Shown here: positions 35,523-45,315 of the stretch, one piece after another
Numbering within the stretch: the stretch's first letter is position 1
How the letters are laid out: each line of letters opens with the position of its first letter
Made by a program: the position numbers and the translations under genes
The notes under the pieces: generated by a model
What the model was told of the DNA's origin: nothing
The model's database searches: none
What the model saw: only the letters and a program-made list of their open reading frames with translations
Source: an uncultured Candidatus Rokubacteria bacterium
GTDB taxonomy: Bacteria > Methylomirabilota > Methylomirabilia > Rokubacteriales > CSP1-6
Direction of reading: 5' to 3'
Assembly (NCBI GenBank): GCA_963771355.1
Contig: CAVYTA010000001.1
Coordinates: 128,001 to 192,000 of the forward strand
Length of the DNA: 64,000 nt

Positions 35523-37157
35523 ATGAAGGCATCCGACGTGATCGTGCGGTGTCTGGAGAACGAAGGCGTGCGCTATGTCTTCGGAGTCCCCGGCGAGGAG
35601 ATCCTCGACATCATCGACTCCCTGGTGGATTCGCGGATCGAGTTCGTGCCCACTCGGCACGAGCAGGGGGCCGCCTTCATGGCGGACGCCTGGGGCCGTC
35701 TCACCGGCCGCGCCGGCGTCTGCCTGGCCACGCTCGGCCCCGGCGCGACCAATCTCGCCACCGGGGTCGCCGACGCCAACCTCGACCGCGCGCCGCTCGT
35801 GGCCATCACCGGCCAGGCCGGCCGCGACCGGATCCACAAGGAGTCGCACCAGTACGTGGACATCGTCGAGTCGATGCGGCCCCTGACCAAGTGGAACACC
35901 CGGCTCGAGGTCTCCGCGGTGGTGCCGGAGGTCATCCGCAAGGCGTTCAAGCTCGCGGAATCGGAGAAGCCGGGGGCGTGCCACATCGAGGTGCCCGAGG
36001 ACGTGGCCGAGGAGACCGCGGAGGGGACGCCCTTGTCCACGGAGCGGACGCGCCGGCCCTCGCCGGATCGCCTGGCCCTGCACGCCGCCGCCCAGCTCAT
36101 CGAGGCGGCCTCCTTCCCGCTCGTCTTCGCGGGCAATGGTGTGATCCGCGGCGGCGCCTCCGGCGAGCTCCGCGAGTTCTCCCGCCGTCACGGTATCCCT
36201 GTGGTCAACACCTTCATGGCCAAGGGGTGTCTGCCCTATGACGACCCGCTGTGTCTCTTCAGCGCGGGGCTCCAGGCGCGCGACTACGTCTCCTGCGGCT
36301 TCGAGAAGGCCGACCTCATCCTCTCGGTGGGCTACGATCCGGTGGAGTACGCCCCGCGCTTCTGGAATCCGGACAAGAAGAAGACCATCGTCCACATCGA
36401 CTTCACCCCCGCCGAGGTGGACGGCTACTACCAGCCGGCGGTGGAAGTGGTGGCGGACGTGCGCGAGACGCTCGAGCTCCTGGGCGACCTCGTCAAGGGG
36501 CAGAAGGATCCCGCGCCGTTTGCCGTTCTCCGGCGGTACATCCTCGAGCAGATCGAGGAGGGCTCCACCGACGACACCTTCCCCATCAAGCCGCAGCGCA
36601 TCCTGCGCGAGCTGCGCGGATTGATGGGGCGGGAGGACGTCCTCATCTCGGATGTGGGCACCCACAAGCTCTGGGTGGCGCGCACCTTCCCCGCCTACGA
36701 GCCCAACACGGTGTTGATCTCGAACGGCTACGCCGCCATGGGCTTCGCGCTGCCCGCGGCCATCGCGGCCAAGCTCGTCCACCCCGAGCGCCGGGTCGTC
36801 GCGGTGTGCGGCGACGGCGGCTTCCTCATGAACGTCCAGGAGCTGGAGACCGCCCACCGGCTCGGGGTCGCGGTGGTCTGCGTGATCTTCCGCGACGGCG
36901 GCTACAACCTCATCGAGTGGAAGCAGGAAAAGCAGATGGGCCGGTCGTCCGGCGTGCGCTTCGGCAATCCCGACTTCGTCGCGCTCGCCAAGGCCTTCGG
37001 GGCTCGTGGCTTCAGCGTGGGGTCCCCGCGCGAGCTGCGCCCGGCCCTGGCCGAGGCCCTCGCGCACCCGGGGCCGGCCATCGTCGACGTTCCCGTCGAC
37101 TATGGCGAGAACGCGCGGCTGACGGAGCGGCTGGGCCAGCTCGTCTGCCCGATCTAG
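35523..37157 (+). CDS. ThDP-dependent acetolactate-synthase-like enzyme, probable 2-oxoglutarate decarboxylase
   Basis: CLENEGVRYVFGVPGEE, RHEQGAAFMAD, GPGATN, KESHQY, GDGGFLMN; divergent from SSADH; no ilvN/ilvC nearby. Confidence 0.8.
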   Translation: MKASDVIVRCLENEGVRYVFGVPGEEILDIIDSLVDSRIEFVPTRHEQGAAFMADAWGRLTGRAGVCLATLGPGATNLATGVADANLDRAPLVAITGQAGRDRIHKESHQYVDIVESMRPLTKWNTRLEVSAVVPEVIRKAFKLAESEKPGACHIEVPEDVAEETAEGTPLSTERTRRPSPDRLALHAAAQLIEAASFPLVFAGNGVIRGGASGELREFSRRHGIPVVNTFMAKGCLPYDDPLCLFSAGLQARDYVSCGFEKADLILSVGYDPVEYAPRFWNPDKKKTIVHIDFTPAEVDGYYQPAVEVVADVRETLELLGDLVKGQKDPAPFAVLRRYILEQIEEGSTDDTFPIKPQRILRELRGLMGREDVLISDVGTHKLWVARTFPAYEPNTVLISNGYAAMGFALPAAIAAKLVHPERRVVAVCGDGGFLMNVQELETAHRLGVAVVCVIFRDGGYNLIEWKQEKQMGRSSGVRFGNPDFVALAKAFGARGFSVGSPRELRPALAEALAHPGPAIVDVPVDYGENARLTERLGQLVCPI

Positions 37158-37158
37158 T

Positions 37159-37285
37159 GCCGGCGGCTGAAAAAGGCCCATCTGCGTCGTTGGCGCCCTC
37201 GGCCGCACGCTCGACGTAGAGAGACTACGCCTCCCGTGCGGCCCTCGGGCGCCGCCTCGCATCTGGACCTTTTTGAGCCGCCGGC
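37159..37285. repeat. About 127-bp palindromic element (MITE/REP-like) between convergent genes
   Basis: Terminal arms GCCGGCGGCTGAAAAAGG / CCTTTTTGAGCCGCCGGC; inner arms GGCGCCC..GGCCGCACG / CGTGCGGCC..GGGCGCC. Confidence 0.8.
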
Positions 37286-37288
37286 GCC

Positions 37289-37921
37289 TTACCTCGTCCC
37301 GAACAGGCGGTCTCCGGCGTCGCCGAGCCCCGGCACGATATAGCCGTGCCCGTCGAGGTGACTGTCCACCGCCGCGGTGTAGACGGGCACGTCGGGATGC
37401 TCCGCGTGGAAATGGCGCAGCCCCTCGGGGCAGGTGAGCAGGCAGAGGAACTTGATCGAGCGCGGCCCGGTGCCCTTCAGGCGATTCACCGCGGCCACCG
37501 CGGAGTTCCCGGTGGCCAGCATGGGGTCCATCACGATGGCGTCGCGGTCCCGCATGACCGGGGGAACCTTGAAGTAGTACTCCACCGCCGCGAGCGTCCG
37601 CGGGTCGCGATACAGCCCGATATGCCCCACCCGGGCGCTGGGGAGAATGCGTAGCATCCCGTCGAGGATGCCGGTGCCCGCGCGGAGGATGGAGACCAGC
37701 ACGATCTTCTTCCCGTCCAGCATCGGCGCGTTGGTCCGGGCGAGCGGGGTCTCGACGGGAACCGGCCGGGTGGGCATGTCGCGGGTCACCTCGTAGGCGA
37801 GGAGCATGCTCACCTCCGCGACCAGGCTGCGGAACTCCGAGGTGCTGGTGCTCTTCCGCCGCAGCAGAGCCAGCTTGTGCTGCACTACCGGATGCTCGAT
37901 GACGTGGACGTCGGGCGCCAT
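37289..37921 (-). CDS. upp: Uracil phosphoribosyltransferase
   Basis: [47 protein letters not shown]. Confidence 0.96.
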   Translation of the reverse strand: MAPDVHVIEHPVVQHKLALLRRKSTSTSEFRSLVAEVSMLLAYEVTRDMPTRPVPVETPLARTNAPMLDGKKIVLVSILRAGTGILDGMLRILPSARVGHIGLYRDPRTLAAVEYYFKVPPVMRDRDAIVMDPMLATGNSAVAAVNRLKGTGPRSIKFLCLLTCPEGLRHFHAEHPDVPVYTAAVDSHLDGHGYIVPGLGDAGDRLFGTR

Positions 37922-37988
37922 GCTCCTCCCCTCCTAGCGGCCGCGCTTGACGGGCGCGCCCCGCGCCCGTAGCATACCCGCGCCTCGC

Positions 37989-38951
37989 ATGCGACGGTAT
38001 GTCCTGCGCCGCTTGCTCCTCTTCCTCCCCACCCTCTTCGGGGCCTCGCTGCTCGTGTTCGTCCTGCTCCGGCTGGTCCCCGGCGACATCGCCGAGATCC
38101 TTGTCTACCAGACCGGGTCGGAGTCCAGCACGGTCCAGAAGAAGCAGATCCAGCAGATCCGCGCCGAGCTGGGCCTGGACCGCCCGGTGCTGGTCCAGTA
38201 CGCGCACTGGATGTGGGACGCGCTGCGCGGCGACTTCGGCCAGTCCTACTCGCAGCGGCGGCCGGTGAGCGCCATCCTCGCCGAGCGCTTCCCGCGCTCC
38301 ATGGAGCTGGCCGCCCTCACCCTGTTCCTGGCCGTGATCTGGGCGGTGCCGCTGGGAGTGGTGTCGGCGGTGCGCCAGAACAGCTGGGTGGACTACCTGG
38401 CCAGGATCCTGAGCCTGTCGGGCCTCTCGCTGCCGCTCTTCGTGACCGGCGCCCTCATCCTCTGGCTGCTGGTGCGCTTCTTTCGGTGGATCCCGCCGCT
38501 GGAGTTCGTGCCCTTCACCGAGAATCCCCTCGAGAACCTCAAGCAGCTCATCTGGCCCGCGCTCTGCCAGGCCTACTACATCAGTGCGCCCATCACCCGC
38601 CTCACGCGCTCGCAGATGCTCGAAGTGATCCGCCACGACTATGTCCGGACGGCGCGCGCCAAGGGCCTCGCCGAGCGCGCGGTGGTCTACCGCCACGCGC
38701 TCAAGAATGCCCTCCTGCCCGTGGTCACCTTCGTGGGCTGGTGGGGCGGCCGCCTGCTGGGCGGCCTCGTGATCATGGAGATCATCTTCGTCGTGCCCGG
38801 CATGGGGACCTCGCTGGTGCAGGCGGTCTCGCAGCGCGACTATCCCACCGTGCAGGCTTTCATCTTCGTGATGGCGGTGGTGTTCCTCCTGATCAACCTG
38901 GCGGTAGACCTTCTCTACGCGTGGCTCGACCCGCGCATCCGGTACGCGTGA
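37989..38951 (+). CDS. ABC transporter permease (DppB/OppB-like)
   Basis: MRRYVLRR, PGD, GDFGQS, DYVRTARAKGL..HALKN, LDPRIRY. Confidence 0.92.
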   Translation: MRRYVLRRLLLFLPTLFGASLLVFVLLRLVPGDIAEILVYQTGSESSTVQKKQIQQIRAELGLDRPVLVQYAHWMWDALRGDFGQSYSQRRPVSAILAERFPRSMELAALTLFLAVIWAVPLGVVSAVRQNSWVDYLARILSLSGLSLPLFVTGALILWLLVRFFRWIPPLEFVPFTENPLENLKQLIWPALCQAYYISAPITRLTRSQMLEVIRHDYVRTARAKGLAERAVVYRHALKNALLPVVTFVGWWGGRLLGGLVIMEIIFVVPGMGTSLVQAVSQRDYPTVQAFIFVMAVVFLLINLAVDLLYAWLDPRIRYA

Positions 38952-39790
38952 TGGCGCGCGCACTCGGCCGCTTCCTCGTTCGCCAGCCGCTCGGCGCGGC
39001 GGGGGCGGTGATCGTGCTCGCCATGATCCTGGTCGCCGTGTTCGCGCCCGCGCTGGCGCCGCACGGCCCCAAGGAAACCGGGTTCGCGCCGTACGTGGCC
39101 CCCGGCGCGGAGTTTCCCATGGGCACCGATCAGGTCGGCCGCGACGTTCTGAGCCGGGTGATCTGGGGCGCGCGGCTCTCCCTCCAGATCGGGCTCTTCT
39201 CGGTGGTGTTCGGCATCACGCTGGGCTCGCTGTGGGGTGCCGCCACCGCCTACTTCGGCGGCGCCTGGGACTCGGGGAGCCAGCGAATCGTCGACAGCCT
39301 GATGGCGCTCCCGCCGATCATCCTCGCGCTGTCCCTCATGGCTGCGCTGGGGCAGTCCATCACCAACGTCGTCCTGGCGCTGACCATCCTCCTCACCCCC
39401 ACCGCGGCGCGCACCGTCCGCTCGGTGGCCCTCGGCGTGGTGGCGGCGCCCTACGTGGAGGCGGCGCGCGCCGCCGGCTGCTCGCATGGGCGCATCATCA
39501 TGCGTCACCTCCTTCCGAACTGCCTGGCCTCCTACATCGTCCTCTTCACCACCAATGTCTCTTACGCCATCGTGGTGGAGGCCTCGCTCTCCTTCATCGG
39601 AGCGGGGGCGCCTCCCGACGAGCCCTCCTGGGGCGGCATGCTCACGGCGGGCGTGCAGGCGCTGGAGACGGCGCCGTGGATGGTATTCTTTCCTGGCCTG
39701 GCCATCAGCCTGGCCGTGTTCGCGCTCAATCTGCTCGGCGACTCGATCCGTGACCTCACCGACCCGCGGTTGCGCGGGGGGCTCGGGTAG
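38951..39790 (+). CDS. ABC transporter permease (DppC/OppC-like)
   Basis: GTDQVGRDVLSRVIWGARLSL, YVEAARAAG..HLLPN, PSWG, NLLGD. Confidence 0.92.
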   Translation: MARALGRFLVRQPLGAAGAVIVLAMILVAVFAPALAPHGPKETGFAPYVAPGAEFPMGTDQVGRDVLSRVIWGARLSLQIGLFSVVFGITLGSLWGAATAYFGGAWDSGSQRIVDSLMALPPIILALSLMAALGQSITNVVLALTILLTPTAARTVRSVALGVVAAPYVEAARAAGCSHGRIIMRHLLPNCLASYIVLFTTNVSYAIVVEASLSFIGAGAPPDEPSWGGMLTAGVQALETAPWMVFFPGLAISLAVFALNLLGDSIRDLTDPRLRGGLG

Positions 39791-39852
39791 CCAGTAAGCA
39801 GGAGTAACTCAATAGTCGGGCACCCAGTAGGAGTAACTCCAACGGAGGCAAC

Positions 39853-41442
39853 ATGAGAATCACCCGGATCGTGAGTCTCGTCCTCGTTGCCCTGCTGATC
39901 GGCACCGGCGCCTCGGCGCAGGACAAGCCGCGGCAGGGCGGCATCCTCACCTGGTTCGATTACGGCGACCCCGGCCGCCTCGACGTGCACGCGGAGTCGC
40001 CGCTGGTGGTCCAGCAGGCCACCGCGGGCGTCTACAGCGGGTTGCTGCACTATGACCCGGACGAGCCCACCAAGGTGGTCGGGGATCTCGCGGAGAAGTG
40101 GACCGTCTCCCCCGACGGGAAATCCTACACGTTCCACCTCCGCAAGGGCGTCAAGTGGCATGACGGCCAGCCCTTCACCTCCGCCGACGTCAAGGCGACC
40201 TTCGACCGCGTCCTCCACGCAGACTTCAAGAGCCCGAAGTGCGGCGCCTCGCTGAAGCCGATGGTCGCCAGCGTGGAGGCGGTGGACGCCAGCACCGTCA
40301 CCTTCCAGCTCAAGTTCGCCGCCGCGCCGTTCCTGCCCTCGGTGGCCTCGGCGTGGTGCCGCGTCGCCGCCAAGCACATCCTGGCCAAGTACGGCGACCT
40401 CAACGCCCCCGAGGCCCAGATCGGCACCGGGCCCTTCAAGTTCAAGAAGTACGAGCGGGGCAGCATCATCGAGTGGGAGCGGAACCCCGACTACTTCGTG
40501 AAGGGCCTGCCCTATCTGGACGGGGTGAAGCAGTTCATCCTGGTCGCCGGCCCCACCCAGCTCGCCGCCGCCAAGGCGAGCAAGGTCATGATGTGGGACG
40601 CGTGGCCGCCCATGCGCAAGACCCAGGCCGACGAGCTCCAGCGGGCGCGCGACGACGTGGACATCTATCAGGCGCCCATCAATACCATGTTCGTCATCTT
40701 CCTGAACGCCGCCAAGCCCCCCTTCAACAACGCGGATCTCCGCCGGGCGGTCAATCTCGTCATCGATCGGCAGGAGCTGGTGGCCAAGGCGCTGGAAGGC
40801 GCCGGGGTGCCGTGCGCCATCCTCGATCCCAAGCTGGTCGGCGACTTTGCGTTGCCGCTGGAGGAAGTGGCGAAGGCGCCGGGCTGCCGCCAGCCCAAGG
40901 AGCAGGACATCGCCGAGGCCAAGCGGCTGGTGGAGAAGCACCATCCGGGCGGACTGGACATCGAGATCGCCACGCGCGCGGTCGGGAACTACGTGGATCG
41001 CGCCCAGGTGGTGATCGCCCAGCTCCGGAAGATCGGCATCCGCGGCACGCTCAAGACGCACGAGAGCGCGGCCGGCTACGCCGCCTTCGGCAAGGGCGAC
41101 TTCACCATCATCGCCACCCAGGACCGCGCCATGGACATCAACGAGCCCTCGGGCATCTTCCACATCGTCTACACCACCGAGGCGGGGAGCAACTACGGAC
41201 GCCACACCGACGCCAAGGTGGACGAGCTCGCCGACAAGGCGCTGCGCGAGACCAACCGCGACAAGCGCAAGGCGCTCTACTGGGAGCTCCAGCGCCACCT
41301 CCTGAGCCGCGGGGACCACGCGTCCATCGCGGTGGGCTGGGTGGAGGGCTGGTTCTTCAAGGACAAGAAGCTGCGCGGCTTCAAGCCCGGCGTCACCGTC
41401 TACGACAACAACACCTTCATGAAGACCTGGATCGCCCCCTAG
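39853..41442 (+). CDS. ABC transporter substrate-binding protein, family 5
   Basis: Signal peptide; GDLAEKW, KWHDGQPFTSADV, IGTGPFK, LRRAVNLVIDR. Confidence 0.92.
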   Translation: MRITRIVSLVLVALLIGTGASAQDKPRQGGILTWFDYGDPGRLDVHAESPLVVQQATAGVYSGLLHYDPDEPTKVVGDLAEKWTVSPDGKSYTFHLRKGVKWHDGQPFTSADVKATFDRVLHADFKSPKCGASLKPMVASVEAVDASTVTFQLKFAAAPFLPSVASAWCRVAAKHILAKYGDLNAPEAQIGTGPFKFKKYERGSIIEWERNPDYFVKGLPYLDGVKQFILVAGPTQLAAAKASKVMMWDAWPPMRKTQADELQRARDDVDIYQAPINTMFVIFLNAAKPPFNNADLRRAVNLVIDRQELVAKALEGAGVPCAILDPKLVGDFALPLEEVAKAPGCRQPKEQDIAEAKRLVEKHHPGGLDIEIATRAVGNYVDRAQVVIAQLRKIGIRGTLKTHESAAGYAAFGKGDFTIIATQDRAMDINEPSGIFHIVYTTEAGSNYGRHTDAKVDELADKALRETNRDKRKALYWELQRHLLSRGDHASIAVGWVEGWFFKDKKLRGFKPGVTVYDNNTFMKTWIAP

Positions 41443-41475
41443 CCGGCTTCGACGGCCCGGCGGCGGCCCCCGCGC

Positions 41476-42588
41476 TCAGCGCGCGGGCGTCGCCGCCGCG
41501 TGCGCGCCGAACCGCGGCATGACGTCGCGCGCGAGCAGCTCCATGGACCGCCGCCACAGCGCGGGGCGGTCCCAGTCATGCCCGGCCATGAGCAGGGTCC
41601 CGAAGTGGCCGATCTCGTCCCGCAGCGCCACCAGCTGATCCAGCACGCGGCGGGGGCTGCCCGCGATGATCATGCCCCGCTTCACCGCGTCCACGGTCAC
41701 GCGCTCGTCGGGCAGGTCCACGTCCGGCTTGATCATGAACAGCGCCTTCCGCCCCTGCGCAAAGCTGTGGATGAAGAACTTGTAGTAGAAGGAGAGCCCG
41801 TTGTCCGGGTCGGCCAGGTACTCCTCCGCCTCCGCGTCGGTCTCGGTGACGAGGATGCTGCGGGACACCCGCCACACGTCGGGGTCGGGCCGGCGTCCCA
41901 CCGCCTCGCAGCCCTCCAGGTACTTCTCCCAGTGGCCGCGGAGATAGCGGCGGTGGAAGAAGTTGCCGGAGATGGGGATCCAGCCCCGCTCCGCCGCCAC
42001 CTTGGCGCTCGCCGAGTTCGGCGTGATGATGGACAGCGCGATGGGCGGGTGCGGCTGCTGCAGCGGCCGCGGGATATAGCCGACCTTGAACTCCGGCCAC
42101 ACGCCGGTCTTGAGCGCGAACTTCCAGAAACGACCGTCGATCTCGTAGGGCGGATCCTGCGCCCAGAGCCTGAGCACGATGTCGATGGACTCCTGCACCA
42201 TCTGGGGCCGCAGCTCGGCCTGGCCCACCTCGAACATCTCGAGGTCGCTCACGAGCCCGCCCGGCCCGATGCCCATGATGAAGCGGCCGCCCGAGAGCTG
42301 ATCGAACATGGCCGCGTGCGCGGCCACCGTGGCGGGGTGGGTCTGCGGGAGGTTGAGCACGCCGGTGCCGAGCCGGATCTGCCGGGTTCGCGAGATGACG
42401 GTGGCGAGGAAGATGAGCGGGGACGTGATGCGCTCGCTCCAGGAGCTGAAGTGCTCGCCCACATAGGCCTCGGAGAAGCCGAGCTGGTCGGCCAGCACCA
42501 CCGCCTCCTGGTCCTCGGCGAGCAACTCGGCGTAATTGCGATCTGGGTGGTGGAACGGCATGGTGAACATCCCGAGCTTCACCGTCAT
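41476..42588 (-). CDS. LLM-class flavin-dependent monooxygenase
   Basis: LGMFTMPFH, YVGEH, LGTGV, GRFIMGIGPG, ELLARDVMP. Confidence 0.9.
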   Translation of the reverse strand: MTVKLGMFTMPFHHPDRNYAELLAEDQEAVVLADQLGFSEAYVGEHFSSWSERITSPLIFLATVISRTRQIRLGTGVLNLPQTHPATVAAHAAMFDQLSGGRFIMGIGPGGLVSDLEMFEVGQAELRPQMVQESIDIVLRLWAQDPPYEIDGRFWKFALKTGVWPEFKVGYIPRPLQQPHPPIALSIITPNSASAKVAAERGWIPISGNFFHRRYLRGHWEKYLEGCEAVGRRPDPDVWRVSRSILVTETDAEAEEYLADPDNGLSFYYKFFIHSFAQGRKALFMIKPDVDLPDERVTVDAVKRGMIIAGSPRRVLDQLVALRDEIGHFGTLLMAGHDWDRPALWRRSMELLARDVMPRFGAHAAATPAR

Positions 42589-42592
42589 GGGG

Positions 42593-43387
42593 TCAGCTCC
42601 GCGTGATCTTGCCGAGCCCGGGGATGCGGCCCAGGAAATTGCCGGTGACGCCCCCGTCCACCACGAGGTCGTGGCCGTTGACGTAGCGGGCGTCGGGGCC
42701 CAGGAGAAAGGCGATGACGTCGGCCATGTCTTCCGGCGTGGCCACGCGCCCGAGCGGCACCAGCGCGTCGCGCGCGGCGGCGACCTCGCGGTCGGCGTAG
42801 ACCTGGGCGGTCATGCCGGTGCGGACCATGCCCGGCGAGACGGTATTGGCGCGAATGCCGTCGCGGCCGAACTCCTGCGCGAGCACCTGGCACAGCATGA
42901 TGACGGCGGCCTTGCTCGGCCCATAGGCGCCCAGGTTGGCGTGCGCGTTGCTGCCCGACATGGAAGCCACCGCGACGATGGCGCCGCCCGCGGCCTTGAG
43001 CGCGGGATGCGCGGCCTTGGCGAGGAGCCAGGTCGCCCGCACGTTGACGGCGAACATCTGGTCCCAGTCCGCGAGGGGATAGCTGACGAGGGGCCCGGGC
43101 CGGTTGATGCCGGCATTGCTCACGAGGCCATCGAGCCCACCGAAGCGGGCCACCGCGTCCGCCACCACGCGACCGGGCGCTTCCGCGGTGCCCATGTCGC
43201 CGGAAAGCGCCATCGCCTCCGCGCCGAGCGCGGCCAGCTCCGTGATAACGGCGTCGAGGGCCGTGGATCCGCCGAGGTCCACCGCGGCGATGCGCGCCGG
43301 CTTGCCCGCCGCCTTGCCGTCTCGCGCCAGCCGGAGACACGTGGCCCGCCCGATGCCGCTCGCCGCTCCCGTCACGATGACGCGCAT
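42593..43387 (-). CDS. Short-chain dehydrogenase/reductase
   Basis: VTGAASGIG, SNAG, YGPSK, VSPG, VVDGG. Confidence 0.92.
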   Translation of the reverse strand: MRVIVTGAASGIGRATCLRLARDGKAAGKPARIAAVDLGGSTALDAVITELAALGAEAMALSGDMGTAEAPGRVVADAVARFGGLDGLVSNAGINRPGPLVSYPLADWDQMFAVNVRATWLLAKAAHPALKAAGGAIVAVASMSGSNAHANLGAYGPSKAAVIMLCQVLAQEFGRDGIRANTVSPGMVRTGMTAQVYADREVAAARDALVPLGRVATPEDMADVIAFLLGPDARYVNGHDLVVDGGVTGNFLGRIPGLGKITRS

Positions 43388-43481
43388 GGAACGCCTCCTG
43401 AATAGGATCTGGAATCGCGAGGAGTGTATCGCATTTCGTGCTATCCCTGTCCGGGTGAGCCCCGTCGCTCCGCCGGCAACG

Positions 43482-44702
43482 ATGCCGGCGGCCCGTTCCG
43501 CCCGGCTCGGAATTCTCGGAGAAGCCGACTACCGCCGCCTCTGGCTCTCCGGCCTCTGTCTCAATACCGCGAGATGGATGGACCTGGTCACGCTGGGGTG
43601 GCTCTCCTATCAGTTCACCGAGTCCGCGTTCATGGTGGGGCTCGCCGCCTTCGCACGCTCCGCGCCGATGATGGCGCTGGGGCCGTTCACGGGTGTGATC
43701 GCGGACCGCATGCATCGCGGCCACGTGCTCCTCTTCACCCAGGCCCTGGGCCTCGTCACCGGGCTGGCGCTGTCCGCCCTCTTTGCGTTTGGCACCGGCG
43801 GCTTCTGGCCCTTGGTCGGCCTCGAGGTGCTCTTCGGCGTGCTCTGGGCGCTCGACTTCCCCGCACGGCGCACCTCGCTCTTCACGCTGGTGGGCCCAGG
43901 CCGGGTAGCGAGCGCGGTGTCGCTGGAGACGGTGTCCATGCAGGTGGCGAAGATCGGGGGTCCGGTGCTCGCCGGTCTCGGGCTCGCGTGGCTCGGACCC
44001 GAGTCCTGCTACAGCGCGGTCGCCGCGCTCTACGCGGTGGGCCTCCTCGTGTCCAGCCGCCTGCCCGGCCGCATCGGCGGCCCGGTATCGCCGGCCAGCG
44101 CCTCGGTGGCGGCGAGCCTGCTGGCGGGCGCGCGCGCCGCGTGGACGGAGGGCACCGTGCGCGCGGTTCTCATCGTGACGGTGCTGATGAACGTGCTCTT
44201 CTTCCCGTACCAGAACATGCTGCCGGTGTTCACGCGCGAAGTGCTGGGCGCCGGGCCCGAATGGCTGGGCGCGCTCGTGGCCGCGGACGGGCTGGGCGCG
44301 CTCATCGGCGCGCTGGCCATCGCGGCCAGCCGCGGCTTCGTGCCCCATCGCCGGATCTTCGCCCTCTCGGTGCTGGTGGCGCCCTTTCTCCTGGTAGCCT
44401 TCGCGGCCACGCGCTCGCCCTGGCTCTGTCTCGCGCTACTCATGGTGATCGGCGCGGCGGAGTCCGGCTTCGCGACGATGCAGAGCACGCTGGTGCTGCT
44501 CTCGGCGCCGGAGGACGCACGCGGCGGCACCATGGGCATTCTCTCCGCGTGCATCGGCACCCAGCCGGTGGGCACGCTCTGGATCGGCTTCCTCGCCGGC
44601 GGCATCGGCGTGCCCGCGGCCATGGCGGTGAACGCGCTGTTCGCGCTGGGCTTCATGCTTCCGGTGGCCGGCCCTCTCGTCCGCGTGACTCCCCGGCGGT
44701 AG
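43482..44702 (+). CDS. MFS transporter
   Basis: YRRLW, GVIADRMHR, many hydrophobic segments; start uncertain. Confidence 0.85.
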   Translation: MPAARSARLGILGEADYRRLWLSGLCLNTARWMDLVTLGWLSYQFTESAFMVGLAAFARSAPMMALGPFTGVIADRMHRGHVLLFTQALGLVTGLALSALFAFGTGGFWPLVGLEVLFGVLWALDFPARRTSLFTLVGPGRVASAVSLETVSMQVAKIGGPVLAGLGLAWLGPESCYSAVAALYAVGLLVSSRLPGRIGGPVSPASASVAASLLAGARAAWTEGTVRAVLIVTVLMNVLFFPYQNMLPVFTREVLGAGPEWLGALVAADGLGALIGALAIAASRGFVPHRRIFALSVLVAPFLLVAFAATRSPWLCLALLMVIGAAESGFATMQSTLVLLSAPEDARGGTMGILSACIGTQPVGTLWIGFLAGGIGVPAAMAVNALFALGFMLPVAGPLVRVTPRR

Positions 44703-44716
44703 GTTCGCCGCGTGCC

Positions 44717-45301
44717 TCAGGGCACCACCACGCGGCCGGCCACCGCGAAGCGCCCCCCGCCCTGGGGCGTGACGATCACCAGCTCGGCCGGATCCGGAGA
44801 GACGCCGGTGAGCGCTGAGATGGTGGAGCCGTGGGAGACGAGCACCAGGTTGCCGCCGGCGCGCCGCTCGCCGACCAGGGCCCGCATCTCGCGCACCTGA
44901 TCCGCCTGCCGCTCGGCGCGGCCGTAGAGATTACCGAGCGGTGTCCACACCTCGGCAGGCCCCCAGGCCAGCCGCGCGGTCTCGATGCACCGGCACCACG
45001 GGCTCGTCAGCAGCCGGTCCACCACGATGCCTCGCGCGCGGAAGGCCTCGCCCACCCGCCGCGCGTGGGCACGGCCGGCGTCGGTCAGGTTGCGCTGGCT
45101 GGCGCAATCGTCCAGGCGCATGTCGGGCGGGTCGCCCACCCCGGGGGTCGTGACGGCGTGGCGGACGAGGACGGCCTGACCGCCGGTCTTCAGCAGGGTC
45201 CAGAGGGGCTCGCTGGCACGCGCCGCCGCGGGGAAGGTCAAGAGAACGAGCGCCAGCGCGATCGTCGTGGTCACGAGGGCGAGAGGGCATCGCCTGAGCA
45301 C
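44717..45301 (-). CDS. Secreted histidine phosphatase family protein
   Basis: LVRHA, RNL..G, TSPWCRCIETA, LVSHG; GTG start after GAGGAG. Confidence 0.82.
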   Translation of the reverse strand: MLRRCPLALVTTTIALALVLLTFPAAARASEPLWTLLKTGGQAVLVRHAVTTPGVGDPPDMRLDDCASQRNLTDAGRAHARRVGEAFRARGIVVDRLLTSPWCRCIETARLAWGPAEVWTPLGNLYGRAERQADQVREMRALVGERRAGGNLVLVSHGSTISALTGVSPDPAELVIVTPQGGGRFAVAGRVVVP

Positions 45302-45315
45302 GCGCGCCTCCTCGG

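Noticed and set aside
35394..38963. 1189-aa minus-strand ORF and other long antisense ORFs (e.g. 56846-60295, 48607-50997, 7789-9846)
   Set aside because: Shadow ORFs of high-GC genes; they overlap well-supported genes and have no motifs
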